A DNA stretch of 51,226 bases from assembly GCA_964626495.1 (NCBI GenBank), contig CAZVFT010000003.1, positions 1,995-53,220 on the forward strand, given 5' to 3'. The notes below the pieces were generated by a model. That model was not told where the DNA came from. It searched no databases and saw only the letters and a list, made by a program, of their open reading frames with translations. Source of the stretch: an uncultured bacterium (GTDB lineage Bacteria > Fidelibacterota > Marinisomatia > Marinisomatales > CAZVFT01). Below are positions 1-9,124 of the stretch, piece after piece (the first letter of the stretch is position 1; every line of letters begins with the position of its first letter). A program made the translations under genes and the position numbers.

Positions 1-1775
1 ATGATGAAGGTTACAATGACAACTGTCTGGTGAACGTGGTATCCCTCGGGGTTGTTCGGGAGGATGAGATACTCCATTCTTACGCACCCCAAAATGCTGA
101 TGGCTACGATTTGATTCTGGTGGGAAAACCGACCGATAACAGCGGTTTTGGTGGCGCCAGCTTTGCATCACTGGAACTCAATGAAGAGGAAAAAGAGAGC
201 AAAAAAGCAGCCGTCCAGGAACCTAACGCCTTTCTAGAACGACATATCCTGAAAGCTACCTATGCTCTGTTCGACCTGCTAAAAGAGCGTGGTTATCTTG
301 ACAGGGTGGGATTCAAAGACCTGGGCGCTGGAGGAATAGCCTGCGCCAGCGTGGAATTAGCAGACGGTGGTGGCTACGGGGCAGATGTCTACCTCGACAA
401 GGTTCACATGGGGATGGAAAATCTCCATCCTTCCGTCATTCTTTGTTCGGAGACGCAGGAGCGATTCATGTGGGTATCACCTCCGGAATTAAGTAACATC
501 ATTCTCAATCATTATAATCAAACATACGACCTCCCCAATATTTCCAAGGGAGCTGAAGCACGAAAAATTGGTAAGATTCGTGGTGATAAACAATATACGG
601 TTTATTTTAATAGTGAGATTATCGTAGATGCTCGAGCCAGCGATGTAACAAAAGGCCTTCTTTACAATCGGGAATACAGATTGCCCAAGAAAAAACTAAC
701 AGAACCAGATATCCCAGAGCCTGATAATTATAACGAAACATTTCTCAAAATTTTGTCTCACGAGAATATCGCCTCAAGACACCCGGTTTTTGAGACGTAT
801 GATAAGCAAGTTCAGGGGAGGACAATCATTGAAGCTGGTGATGCCGACGCTGGAGTGATGCAGCCCTTCAACAATGACCACTACCCTGAAGAAATTCGTT
901 CCGTTGGAATTGCTCTCTCTGTGGACCACAATCCGCGTTACGGGAAGATTGATCCATTCTGGTGTGGGATCAACTCGGTGGTAGAAGCAATGCGCAATGT
1001 CGCTGCTGTTGGGGCAACCCCTCAGGCTGTCAGTGACTGTCTTTGCTTTGGAAATCCGGAAAAGCCGAACCAGATGGGACAGTTCGTGGAAAGTACTCGG
1101 GGAGTGTCAGAAGCGTGTAAGGAGATTCATCTCAAAGAGCACCCTAAAGAACCAGTCCCAATCATTGCCGGGAATGTTTCCTTCTACAACGAATCGAAGA
1201 ATGGTGCCATTCCGCCAAGCCCTATCATCGCCTGCCTGGGCAGGACGGAGGATGCAGCTCAAGCAGTAACTTCACACTTCAAGCGGATAGATTCCGTATT
1301 ACTGATTTTGGGTAAACGGAAGGACGAATGCGGTGGAAGCATTTATTATGCTCTCCACGATGAGCTTGGAGCCAATGTACCTCAACCTGATCTCGCAGAA
1401 ACTGAAGCCCAAATCTTCGCAGTTACAAATGTTATCTCTGCCGGTCTTGTCCTAGCCTGCCACGACATCTCCGAAGGGGGTATTGCCACTGCCCTGGCAG
1501 AGATGAGCTTCCGAAACGACATCGGGTGTGAGGTTAATATTCCAGGAGAATTGCGAACAGACAAATTACTTTTTTCTGAAACTGGAGGGTTTGTGCTGGA
1601 AGTGGCGCCAGGTAACTTGAAGACTCTCCGAGAAGTCTTTTTATCACGCGGTATTGAAGTAACAAAAATCGGCAAGACAACTGACAAGCCTATTCTGAGA
1701 ATCAACAACTTGGTGGACCACCCTGTCGCTGCAGCGAAGGAGGTATGGGAGAATGGGTTGCGAGAGAAGTTATGA
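1..1775 (+). CDS. purL: Phosphoribosylformylglycinamidine synthase subunit PurL (5'-partial)
   Basis: Frame is open from position 3 (DEGYNDNCLVNV). Motifs DLGAGG, SETQER, YDKQVQ, DCLCFGNPE, GNVSFYNE and HDISEGG. Confidence 0.96.
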   Translation, partial: DEGYNDNCLVNVVSLGVVREDEILHSYAPQNADGYDLILVGKPTDNSGFGGASFASLELNEEEKESKKAAVQEPNAFLERHILKATYALFDLLKERGYLDRVGFKDLGAGGIACASVELADGGGYGADVYLDKVHMGMENLHPSVILCSETQERFMWVSPPELSNIILNHYNQTYDLPNISKGAEARKIGKIRGDKQYTVYFNSEIIVDARASDVTKGLLYNREYRLPKKKLTEPDIPEPDNYNETFLKILSHENIASRHPVFETYDKQVQGRTIIEAGDADAGVMQPFNNDHYPEEIRSVGIALSVDHNPRYGKIDPFWCGINSVVEAMRNVAAVGATPQAVSDCLCFGNPEKPNQMGQFVESTRGVSEACKEIHLKEHPKEPVPIIAGNVSFYNESKNGAIPPSPIIACLGRTEDAAQAVTSHFKRIDSVLLILGKRKDECGGSIYYALHDELGANVPQPDLAETEAQIFAVTNVISAGLVLACHDISEGGIATALAEMSFRNDIGCEVNIPGELRTDKLLFSETGGFVLEVAPGNLKTLREVFLSRGIEVTKIGKTTDKPILRINNLVDHPVAAAKEVWENGLREKL

Positions 1776-1796
1776 CGGCTGCAGGTATTGAAAAAT

Positions 1797-1897
1797 GAAC
1801 ACAGGGCACCACCGAGAAGCACAGAGTAACACAGAGAAAATAATCAAAATTTCAACTGCTCTGTGGTTCTCTGAGATCCTCTGTGAACTCTGTGTCC
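1797..1897. repeat. CACAGAG-heptamer inverted-repeat element (gene-less), purL-purM spacer
   Basis: Four CACAGAG-like heptamers at 10-bp period (1800-1836), an AT-rich spacer, then four CTCTGTG-like heptamers (1859-1894). Could fold into a long hairpin. Confidence 0.9.
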
Positions 1898-1913
1898 CTA
1901 TGGTACTCACAAA

Positions 1914-2951
1914 ATGAGTAAAACAGATTACAAATCCGCCGGGGTGAACATTGATGCTGGCAATGAGGCAGTGGAACGCATCAAGTCTTCCGTCAAAAGC
2001 ACTTTTACATCTGCAGTGATGACAGACGTAGGAAGCTTCGGCGCCATGGTGGATCTGAAGGAGCTTCTAAAGGACTACGCTCACCCGGTGTTGGTCCAGA
2101 GCATTGATGGCGTGGGGACGAAAATGATTGTTGCCAGAATGATGAATAAATATGATACGATAGGTTTTGACCTTTTGGCTGCCACCTGCAACGATATCAT
2201 TGTGCACGGAGCAAAACCGATCACATTTCTTGATTACATCGCTGCCGATAAACTGGAGCCAGACATCATCGAGGCTATTGTTACGGGAATGACTGAAGCC
2301 TGCCATAAGGTCAACGTTCCGCTGGTAGGTGGGGAAACAGCTGAGATGCCGGATACGTATCTATCAAGCGAACATGATCTTGTGGGTGTCATCACTGGCG
2401 TGGTGGAGAAAGACAGTATTATAACTGGAGATTCAATTATTCCTGGGGATGTTGTGGTGGGCCTTCCCTCCAGTGGACTGCACACCAACGGTTACTCTCT
2501 TGCCAGAAAACTATTTTTTGATATTGGGAAATTCGACGTTTCTTCATCCATTCCCGATCTGGATAAGTCCATAGGTGAAACGCTTCTGGAACCACACATT
2601 AATTACACAAACTCTGTTTTAGCCCTGATTGACGCTGGCATTAAAATTCACGGTATCGCCCACATAACCGGCGGTGGGCTGGTTGAAAATATTCCACGGA
2701 TACTACCAGACGGATGCGCAGTTGAAACCCACAAGGGAAGCTGGCCAGTTCTACCTATATTTAAAGTGATGCAGTCCATTGACAATGTGGATGATGCTGA
2801 GATGGTCCGTACCTTTAATATGGGTATTGGTATGGTGTTAATTGTTGAACCAGAACAGATAGATGCAATAAAGGATGTACTACAAGATCTGATAGAAGTG
2901 TTTACGATTGGGTCGGTTGTTAAAGGAAGTAAAAACGTTGTATTTAAATGA
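1914..2951 (+). CDS. purM: Phosphoribosylformylglycinamidine cyclo-ligase (AIR synthetase)
   Basis: YKSAGVNIDAG, DGVGTK, GGETAEMP, SSGLHTNGYSL, HITGGG, RTFNMGIG. Confidence 0.97.
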   Translation: MSKTDYKSAGVNIDAGNEAVERIKSSVKSTFTSAVMTDVGSFGAMVDLKELLKDYAHPVLVQSIDGVGTKMIVARMMNKYDTIGFDLLAATCNDIIVHGAKPITFLDYIAADKLEPDIIEAIVTGMTEACHKVNVPLVGGETAEMPDTYLSSEHDLVGVITGVVEKDSIITGDSIIPGDVVVGLPSSGLHTNGYSLARKLFFDIGKFDVSSSIPDLDKSIGETLLEPHINYTNSVLALIDAGIKIHGIAHITGGGLVENIPRILPDGCAVETHKGSWPVLPIFKVMQSIDNVDDAEMVRTFNMGIGMVLIVEPEQIDAIKDVLQDLIEVFTIGSVVKGSKNVVFK

Positions 2952-2972
2952 GTGAGTTAGGGGATATAAAAT

Positions 2973-3044
2973 GAACACAGAGTACCACCGAGCAGCACAG
3001 AGTCACACAGAGATAATTTATAAAATTTTAGAAACTCTGTGTTC
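2973..3044. repeat. CACAGAG-heptamer element with truncated right arm, purM-purQ spacer
   Basis: GAACACAGAG tac CACCGAG cag CACAGAG tca CACAGAG, an AT spacer, then a single CTCTGTGTTC. Confidence 0.88.
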
Positions 3045-3074
3045 CAAAATTATTTTGGTGCGTTGTAAAATAAA

Positions 3075-4334
3075 ATGAAAATCGCCATTATCCAATTCCC
3101 TGGATCAAATACAGAGCGTGAAACTTTTCTCGCAGTTCAGCGTGCAGGGATGGAACCGGTGGAATTCCTCTGGAACAATGATCAAAATCAGCTGGAGGAG
3201 TACGATGGCTACATCATCGCTGGGGGTTTCTCCTACGAAGATCGCTCCCGAGCGGGGGTAATTGCTTCTCTCGACCCGATTGTTAATGAAATTAAAAAGC
3301 AGGCTCAAATCGGTAAGCCCGTGCTTGGCATCTGTAACGGGGCACAGATTCTGGTGGAGTCCGGGATGGTGCCAGGATTGGAAAACTACAGACTTGGAAT
3401 GGCTCTGACGAACAACAAGCGCGTCAGAAACGGTCACGTCCTGGGGACGGGATACTATAATGTGTGGACAAATCTGAAACTTGCTGTTCCATCAGAGAGA
3501 ACAGTATTTACACGCCATCTCAATGGAGGTGACATTATCACTATTCCTCTTGCCCATAGCGAAGGGCGTTTCGTTATTCCTGACGAGTTGTTAGATTATT
3601 TAATCAATAATAACCAGACTGTATTTCGCTACTGTGACGATGATGGGATTATCCATAATGAATTCCCCATCAATCCTAACGGTTCAGTGTACAACATTGC
3701 GGCTTTGTGCAATCCGGATGGCAACGTGATGGCAATTATGCCTCACCCGGAGAGGAAGACAAATGGAGATGCTATTTTCATGTCGATGAGGGACTACATT
3801 GAAAAAAACAATAAAATTCCTCGTAACGATCTTATAGATTACTTCCCCGGTGATTTAACCATCCCCAATTACTTTCCCTCTGAAAATGCATTTGAATTTC
3901 TTGTAGATTTAATCATTACCGATAACGAAGCTGTCACTGTGGAGAATGCTTTGCAACATCTCGGGATGCCCGTCAGAGTAACCCGGCAATCCCACTGGGA
4001 GATCGAAACAGACGCATTGAATCCAGATCAGACAAAATCTGCAATTATCAAGTCTTCTGAACTATTTAACTCTAACAAAGAACGACTCACCACTTATATT
4101 AAATTAAAAAATTCCGTATCTTTTCTGGTGCGCTCAAAGGATGATTTTACAGGACAACATAAACTTGAAGCTTTGAAACACTGGTTTGGAATTAGAAACA
4201 TTCAAACCGTTAAAAGCGGAGTGCTATGGACTATCACCTCAGAAAATGGGGATATAAATGATGCGGTCAAGCAGGTTCTTGAAACCCATATATTATTCAA
4301 CCGCTATTCTTACGACTGTTATAGATATGGTTAA
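3075..4334 (+). CDS. purQ: FGAM synthase glutaminase subunit PurQ with ~170-aa C-terminal extension (PurS-like)
   Basis: FPGSN, GGFSYED, GICNGAQIL, MPHPER. 419 aa versus ~230 for a typical PurQ. Confidence 0.93.
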   Translation: MKIAIIQFPGSNTERETFLAVQRAGMEPVEFLWNNDQNQLEEYDGYIIAGGFSYEDRSRAGVIASLDPIVNEIKKQAQIGKPVLGICNGAQILVESGMVPGLENYRLGMALTNNKRVRNGHVLGTGYYNVWTNLKLAVPSERTVFTRHLNGGDIITIPLAHSEGRFVIPDELLDYLINNNQTVFRYCDDDGIIHNEFPINPNGSVYNIAALCNPDGNVMAIMPHPERKTNGDAIFMSMRDYIEKNNKIPRNDLIDYFPGDLTIPNYFPSENAFEFLVDLIITDNEAVTVENALQHLGMPVRVTRQSHWEIETDALNPDQTKSAIIKSSELFNSNKERLTTYIKLKNSVSFLVRSKDDFTGQHKLEALKHWFGIRNIQTVKSGVLWTITSENGDINDAVKQVLETHILFNRYSYDCYRYG

Positions 4335-4403
4335 TGATGCATCTACTTGCTTATCTATGATTATTCTTAAAATGCGAAACTTTAACCTGAAAATTTAATC
4401 ACT

Positions 4404-5372
4404 ATGAACTCCTACAAAGAAAAAATTATCCGAGAATTAAACAACTGTTTGACGGTGACTAATCTTCCATATGGGAAAAAAGAAAGTGGTAAGGTTCGTG
4501 ATTCTTATGAGTTTGACGGACGGATGATTTTTATCACCACAGACCGACAAAGCGCTTTCGACCGTATCCTAACTTCCATTCCTTTTAAGGGGCAGGTACT
4601 GAATCAGACCAGCTCCTGGTGGTTTGAACAGACAAAGGAAATTATTCCCAATCATGTTATCTCTGTCCCGGATCCGAATGTGACCATTGGAATTAAATGC
4701 GATGTTTTCCCAATAGAGTTTGTTGTCCGTGGATACATCACAGGCACCACGGATACATCTCTCTGGACTCACTACAACAGAGGGGTTCGGAATTACTGCA
4801 GCAACAAATTACCTGAGGGGTTGCAAAAAAATCAAAAACTTGAAGTACCGCTCCTGACACCCACGACCAAGGATAAAAAGCACGACAGGCCTGTCAGTCC
4901 GGATGAGATTGTGAAAGATGGACTCATGTCCGAGGAAGATTTGGAAACGGTTAGCAATAAAGCGTTTGAACTGTTTACATTCGGACAAGAAACCGCCCAA
5001 AAACATGGTCTGATCCTGGTAGATACCAAGTACGAATTTGGTCGTGATGCTGACGGTAATGTCCTGCTTGTTGATGAAATCCACACACCGGACTCCAGCC
5101 GATACTGGCTTGCTGATAGTTACAAGAAACGGTTTGAGAAGGGTGAAGAGCCTGAGTACATTGATAAGGAATTTCTGCGTTTGTGGTTTGCGGAACACTG
5201 TGATCCATACAATGATGAAATGCTTCCAGAAGCACCTGAAGAATTGGTGATAGAGCTTTCCAGCCGATATATCTTTTTATATGAAACTATTACGGGGCAA
5301 AAGTTGCCATTTCCCGATTCAACAATATCTATTCAAGAACGTATTAATGAAAATTTGAAGGATTATTTATGA
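4404..5372 (+). CDS. purC: SAICAR synthetase
   Basis: GKVRD, TDRQSAFD, IPFKGQVLN, TPTTK, DTKYEFG, DEIHTPDSSRYW, DKEFLR. Confidence 0.97.
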   Translation: MNSYKEKIIRELNNCLTVTNLPYGKKESGKVRDSYEFDGRMIFITTDRQSAFDRILTSIPFKGQVLNQTSSWWFEQTKEIIPNHVISVPDPNVTIGIKCDVFPIEFVVRGYITGTTDTSLWTHYNRGVRNYCSNKLPEGLQKNQKLEVPLLTPTTKDKKHDRPVSPDEIVKDGLMSEEDLETVSNKAFELFTFGQETAQKHGLILVDTKYEFGRDADGNVLLVDEIHTPDSSRYWLADSYKKRFEKGEEPEYIDKEFLRLWFAEHCDPYNDEMLPEAPEELVIELSSRYIFLYETITGQKLPFPDSTISIQERINENLKDYL

Positions 5373-5776
5373 AAGCCGTAATTATAATGGGTTCCACGTC
5401 TGACGAAGCCCACGCTAAAAAAATCATAACCAAGTTGGAGGAACTGGGTATCGCCTTTGATCAGCATGTAGCGTCTGCTCATAAGAAACCTCGAAAGGTA
5501 CTGGAGATTATTGAATCATATAAGAACGAAACGGGTATTGTCTTCATCACAATCGCTGGACGCTCTAATGCTCTTTCCGGTTTCGTGGCTGCAAATTCTG
5601 AATTCCCAACCCTTGCCTGTCCCCCGTTCAAAGACAAAACAGATATGATGATTAACATCCACTCCACACTTCAGATGCCCAGCAACACCCCAGTGATGAC
5701 TGTGCTTGATCCTGGGAATTGCGCACTTGCAGTTAAAAGGATCCTCAGTTTAGCCACAGAGGGCACAGAGAAATAA
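5369..5776 (+). CDS. purE: AIR carboxylase PurE, class II-like
   Basis: IMGSTSD, SAHK, AGRSNALSG, ACPP, STLQMPS. Confidence 0.93.
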   Translation: MKAVIIMGSTSDEAHAKKIITKLEELGIAFDQHVASAHKKPRKVLEIIESYKNETGIVFITIAGRSNALSGFVAANSEFPTLACPPFKDKTDMMINIHSTLQMPSNTPVMTVLDPGNCALAVKRILSLATEGTEK

Positions 5777-6158
5777 ATTGTGGCAGATAAACTAACAGAA
5801 CTAATTATCGCGGCTGCCATCGAAGTACACCGGATTTTGGACCCCGGATTATTAGAATCCATTTACGAAGAAGCCCTATGCCCCGAACTGGCTCTACGTG
5901 GGCTTTCTGTCAAAAGGCAAGTAGAAATTGACGTAACATATAAGGGAAAGGTTATTAAAGGACAACGGATTGATATTCTTGTCGAAGGTCAGGTTGTCGT
6001 TGAATTAAAATCTGTGAGTTCTCTCCCCGAGGTGGCCCTAGCTCAGACCCTTTCATATTTGAAGGCAACAGACCTGAAACGATCTCTTCTCATCAACTTT
6101 GGAGAAAAGCGTCTGGTTGACGGCATAAAGAGGATTTCTCTGTGACCTCTGTGGCTAA
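5750..6158 (+). mobile_element. Putative 409-bp GxxExxY element with 25-bp terminal inverted repeats
   Basis: TTAGCCACAGAGGGCACAGAGAAAT (5750-5774) versus ATTTCTCTGTGACCTCTGTGGCTAA (6134-6158): 24/25 inverted match enclosing a single ORF. Confidence 0.75.
5780..6145 (+). CDS. GxxExxY protein (PD-(D/E)XK nuclease-like)
   Basis: EVHRIL-PGLLESIYEEAL, RIDILV, VELKSV, AQTLSYLK, LLINF. Confidence 0.93.
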   Translation: MADKLTELIIAAAIEVHRILDPGLLESIYEEALCPELALRGLSVKRQVEIDVTYKGKVIKGQRIDILVEGQVVVELKSVSSLPEVALAQTLSYLKATDLKRSLLINFGEKRLVDGIKRISL

Positions 6159-7491
6159 TTCTATTTCTCCTTTGGATGGACGATACGCTGAAAGCGTTAA
6201 AACACTTTCCGATTATTTTTCAGAAGCAACACTCATACGCTACCGGTTGAAAGTTGAAATCGAGTATCTCATTGCTTTAGGAAATGAAAAAGGGGTCAAA
6301 GAACGGTCACCATTTTCAAAAACCGAAAAGGCGCAGTTACGAAAAATATATGAGAACTTTGATTCAACCACTGCTCAAAAAGTTAAAGAAATCGAAGCCA
6401 CTACCAACCACGATGTTAAGGCTATTGAATATTTTCTCCAGACCAAAATTAAAAAATCTCTCCATCCGTGGATTCACTTCGCCCTTACCTCAGAGGATAT
6501 TAACAATCTCGCCTACGCCCTTATGTGGCGTGATGGTGTCAGACAGGCTTATATCCCCACCCTTCAAAAAGTGTGTGGCCATCTGCGTAGATTTGCCATC
6601 CGTTATAAAGACCTACCCCTTCTCGCTCTGACCCACGGTCAACCTGCTACTCCTACTTCACTGGGGAAAGAGTTCGCTGTTTTCGCCAGCCGCCTCCAGG
6701 GGCAGCTCCGGCAGTTGAAAGCCCACCAACTCCAGGGAAAACTCTCCGGTGCTACGGGAACGTGGGCTGCCCACACAACTGCCTATCCCAACGTCAACTG
6801 GGTTGCCTTCAGCAAACGGTTTGTGAAATCCTTGGGTTTAGAGCCCAACCTTATCACCACTCAAATCGAGCCGAACGACTCTCTTGCAGAAAACTACCAT
6901 ATCCTGATTCGCGTAAACACCATTCTGTTGGACCTCTGCCGAGACGTCTGGCTCTACATTAGTCGGGGTATTTTCGGACAGAAAACGAAGAGCGACGAAG
7001 TGGGCTCTTCCACCATGCCGCACAAAGTAAATCCTATCCATTTCGAGAACGCTGAGGGAAACCTTGGCATCGCTAACGCTTACCTGTCTCATCTGGCGCA
7101 AACACTCCCCGTCTCTCGGATGCAGCGAGACCTCTCCGGCAGCACCGTCATACGGAACCAAGGCGTACCGCTGGCTCACTCGCTGCTGGCGTGTAAAAAT
7201 ATACTGAAAGGACTCGACCGCCTCACCATAAACCGTGAGAGAATCCGCGAAGAACTGAACGATCACTTGGAGGTATTAGCAGAAGCTATTCAAACAATTC
7301 TCCGTAAATCGGGTGACCCACATCCATATGAACGGCTGAAAGACTTCACGCGTGGGAAGAAGATAACACAAGATGACATTAGGGCATTTGTTCAGACTCT
7401 CGATCTACCGGAGAAGGAAAGAAAAGCACTGCTAGCGCTGACACCGGAGAATTATATAGGATTGGCTGCAAAAATCGTGGAATTACTATGA
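6142..7491 (+). CDS. purB: Adenylosuccinate lyase
   Basis: ISPLDGRY, TNHDVKAIEY, TSEDINN, THGQPATP, GSSTMPHKVNPI, SRMQRDLS. Confidence 0.97.
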   Translation: MTSVANSISPLDGRYAESVKTLSDYFSEATLIRYRLKVEIEYLIALGNEKGVKERSPFSKTEKAQLRKIYENFDSTTAQKVKEIEATTNHDVKAIEYFLQTKIKKSLHPWIHFALTSEDINNLAYALMWRDGVRQAYIPTLQKVCGHLRRFAIRYKDLPLLALTHGQPATPTSLGKEFAVFASRLQGQLRQLKAHQLQGKLSGATGTWAAHTTAYPNVNWVAFSKRFVKSLGLEPNLITTQIEPNDSLAENYHILIRVNTILLDLCRDVWLYISRGIFGQKTKSDEVGSSTMPHKVNPIHFENAEGNLGIANAYLSHLAQTLPVSRMQRDLSGSTVIRNQGVPLAHSLLACKNILKGLDRLTINRERIREELNDHLEVLAEAIQTILRKSGDPHPYERLKDFTRGKKITQDDIRAFVQTLDLPEKERKALLALTPENYIGLAAKIVELL

Positions 7492-7632
7492 ACACAGAGA
7501 ACCACAGAGAAAGCCTTAGCCCTGGGCGTTCCGCGACTGCGAGCCCTCAGAGAACCACCGAGCAAAGAAAAAACATTCGGGTAAATAATTCTTCTCCGTG
7601 GCACTCTGTGACCCTCCGTGAGCTCTGTGTCC
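7490..7632. repeat. CACAGAG-heptamer inverted-repeat element with nested ~33-bp insertion, purB-purF spacer
   Basis: Left arm CACAGAG x2, GC-rich insert 7510-7545, then CTCAGAG and CACCGAG. Right arm CTCCGTG/CTCTGTG x4 ending TGTGTCC. Confidence 0.9.
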
Positions 7633-7645
7633 AAAGGAAATATTA

Positions 7646-9124
7646 ATGTGCGGTATTGTCGGTATATTTTCTCATAGACCCGTTGCTGGCGAGCTATACG
7701 ATAGCCTGATCCATCTTCAACATCGCGGGCAGGATGCCGCCGGTATTATGACTTATGACAGACGAATGCATAAAGAAAAAGGACTGGGGATGGTACAGGA
7801 TATTTTTACCGAAGATAACATGGGTCTTCTTAGCGGTAATATTGGAGTGGGTCATACCCGCTATCCCACCCACGGTGGATTTGGCCATGGTGAGATTCAG
7901 CCCTTCTGGACAGAAGTCCCCTACGGTATTGCTATGGCACACAATGGAAACCTGGTAAATTATCGGGAATTAGCACGCGAGATAACGAAAAAGGAAAAAC
8001 GATACCTGAATACCACCAGTGATACGGAAACCATTTTACATCTCTTTGCAGACGCACTCAGCAAAAACAGTGTAGCAGAATCAGATGAACAGTTTTTTGA
8101 ACAAATCTGTCAAGCTGTTCAACAGGTATTCCACCGCGCCAGTGGATCTTATTCAACGGTCAGCATGATTGTTGGGAAAGGTATGGTTGTGTTTCGTGAC
8201 CCGCACGGAATCCGACCGCTCTCGATGGGTAAGCGGAAAAATTTGGATGGAACTGATGATTATATCTTCGCTTCAGAGACCACAATGTTTTATGCTCTTG
8301 ATTATACATTAATTGGCAATGTATCCCCTGGAGAAGTAATTTATATCAGTAGTAACGGAAGAAAATTCAATTGTATTCTGCAGAAGAAACAATTTACTCC
8401 CTGCGTTTTTGAATATGTCTATTTTTCCCGACCTGATACTATGATGAACGATGTGAGCGTATACCGGGCTCGCCTGCGAATGGGGCAGAATCTCGCCAAC
8501 CGCTGGAAAAAGCGTTATCCGGGAATTTTACCGGATGTAGTGATTCCAGCACCTGCCACATCCAACACCGCTGCCTTATCCCTGGCTCATGAACTGGGTG
8601 TGCGTTATACGGAAGGATTGTATAAGAATCCCTTTATCGGCCGTACATTTATTATGCCCGGCCAGGAAAGACGAAAAAAATCTGTTAAGTACAAATTGGT
8701 GCCACAGGAAATTGAAATCCGCGACAAAAATGTGATGATTGTAGATGATAGTATTGTTCGAGGAAACACATGTAAAGAAATTGTAAAAATGGTGCGGGAT
8801 TTCGGAGCAAAGAATGTCTACTTCACGGTCTCCTGCCCGCCAGTAAAACTCCCATGCTTCTATGGGGTGGATATGCCTACGAAGTTAGAGCTTATCGCAA
8901 GCCAGATGAACGAGAAGGGAATCCAAGAATTCATAGGAGCAGACATTCTACTCTACCAAGAAATTGATGATCTGGTAGAAGCCGTCACCCGAAAGGGGGA
9001 ACACCATATTGATCGTCCCTGTATGGCATGTCTGGACGGATGGTACGTCACGGGAGATGTAGACGATGAGAAAATGCAGCTCATGGAAAATCAACGAAAT
9101 ATTGAGAGGTCCCAGTTAACATGA
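7646..9124 (+). CDS. purF: Amidophosphoribosyltransferase
   Basis: MCGIVG N-terminus, LQHRGQDAAG, GHTRYPT, HNGNL, CVFEYVYF, VDDSIVRG. Confidence 0.97.
   Translation: MCGIVGIFSHRPVAGELYDSLIHLQHRGQDAAGIMTYDRRMHKEKGLGMVQDIFTEDNMGLLSGNIGVGHTRYPTHGGFGHGEIQPFWTEVPYGIAMAHNGNLVNYRELAREITKKEKRYLNTTSDTETILHLFADALSKNSVAESDEQFFEQICQAVQQVFHRASGSYSTVSMIVGKGMVVFRDPHGIRPLSMGKRKNLDGTDDYIFASETTMFYALDYTLIGNVSPGEVIYISSNGRKFNCILQKKQFTPCVFEYVYFSRPDTMMNDVSVYRARLRMGQNLANRWKKRYPGILPDVVIPAPATSNTAALSLAHELGVRYTEGLYKNPFIGRTFIMPGQERRKKSVKYKLVPQEIEIRDKNVMIVDDSIVRGNTCKEIVKMVRDFGAKNVYFTVSCPPVKLPCFYGVDMPTKLELIASQMNEKGIQEFIGADILLYQEIDDLVEAVTRKGEHHIDRPCMACLDGWYVTGDVDDEKMQLMENQRNIERSQLT

Noticed and set aside
1797-7632. CACAGAG repeats as a CRISPR array or as V(D)J/Transib-type RSS heptamers (CACAGTG)
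   Set aside because: Units are 7 bp with 2-3 nt gaps and inverted arms. There are no spacers, cas genes, nonamers or DDE transposase, so the resemblance is superficial.
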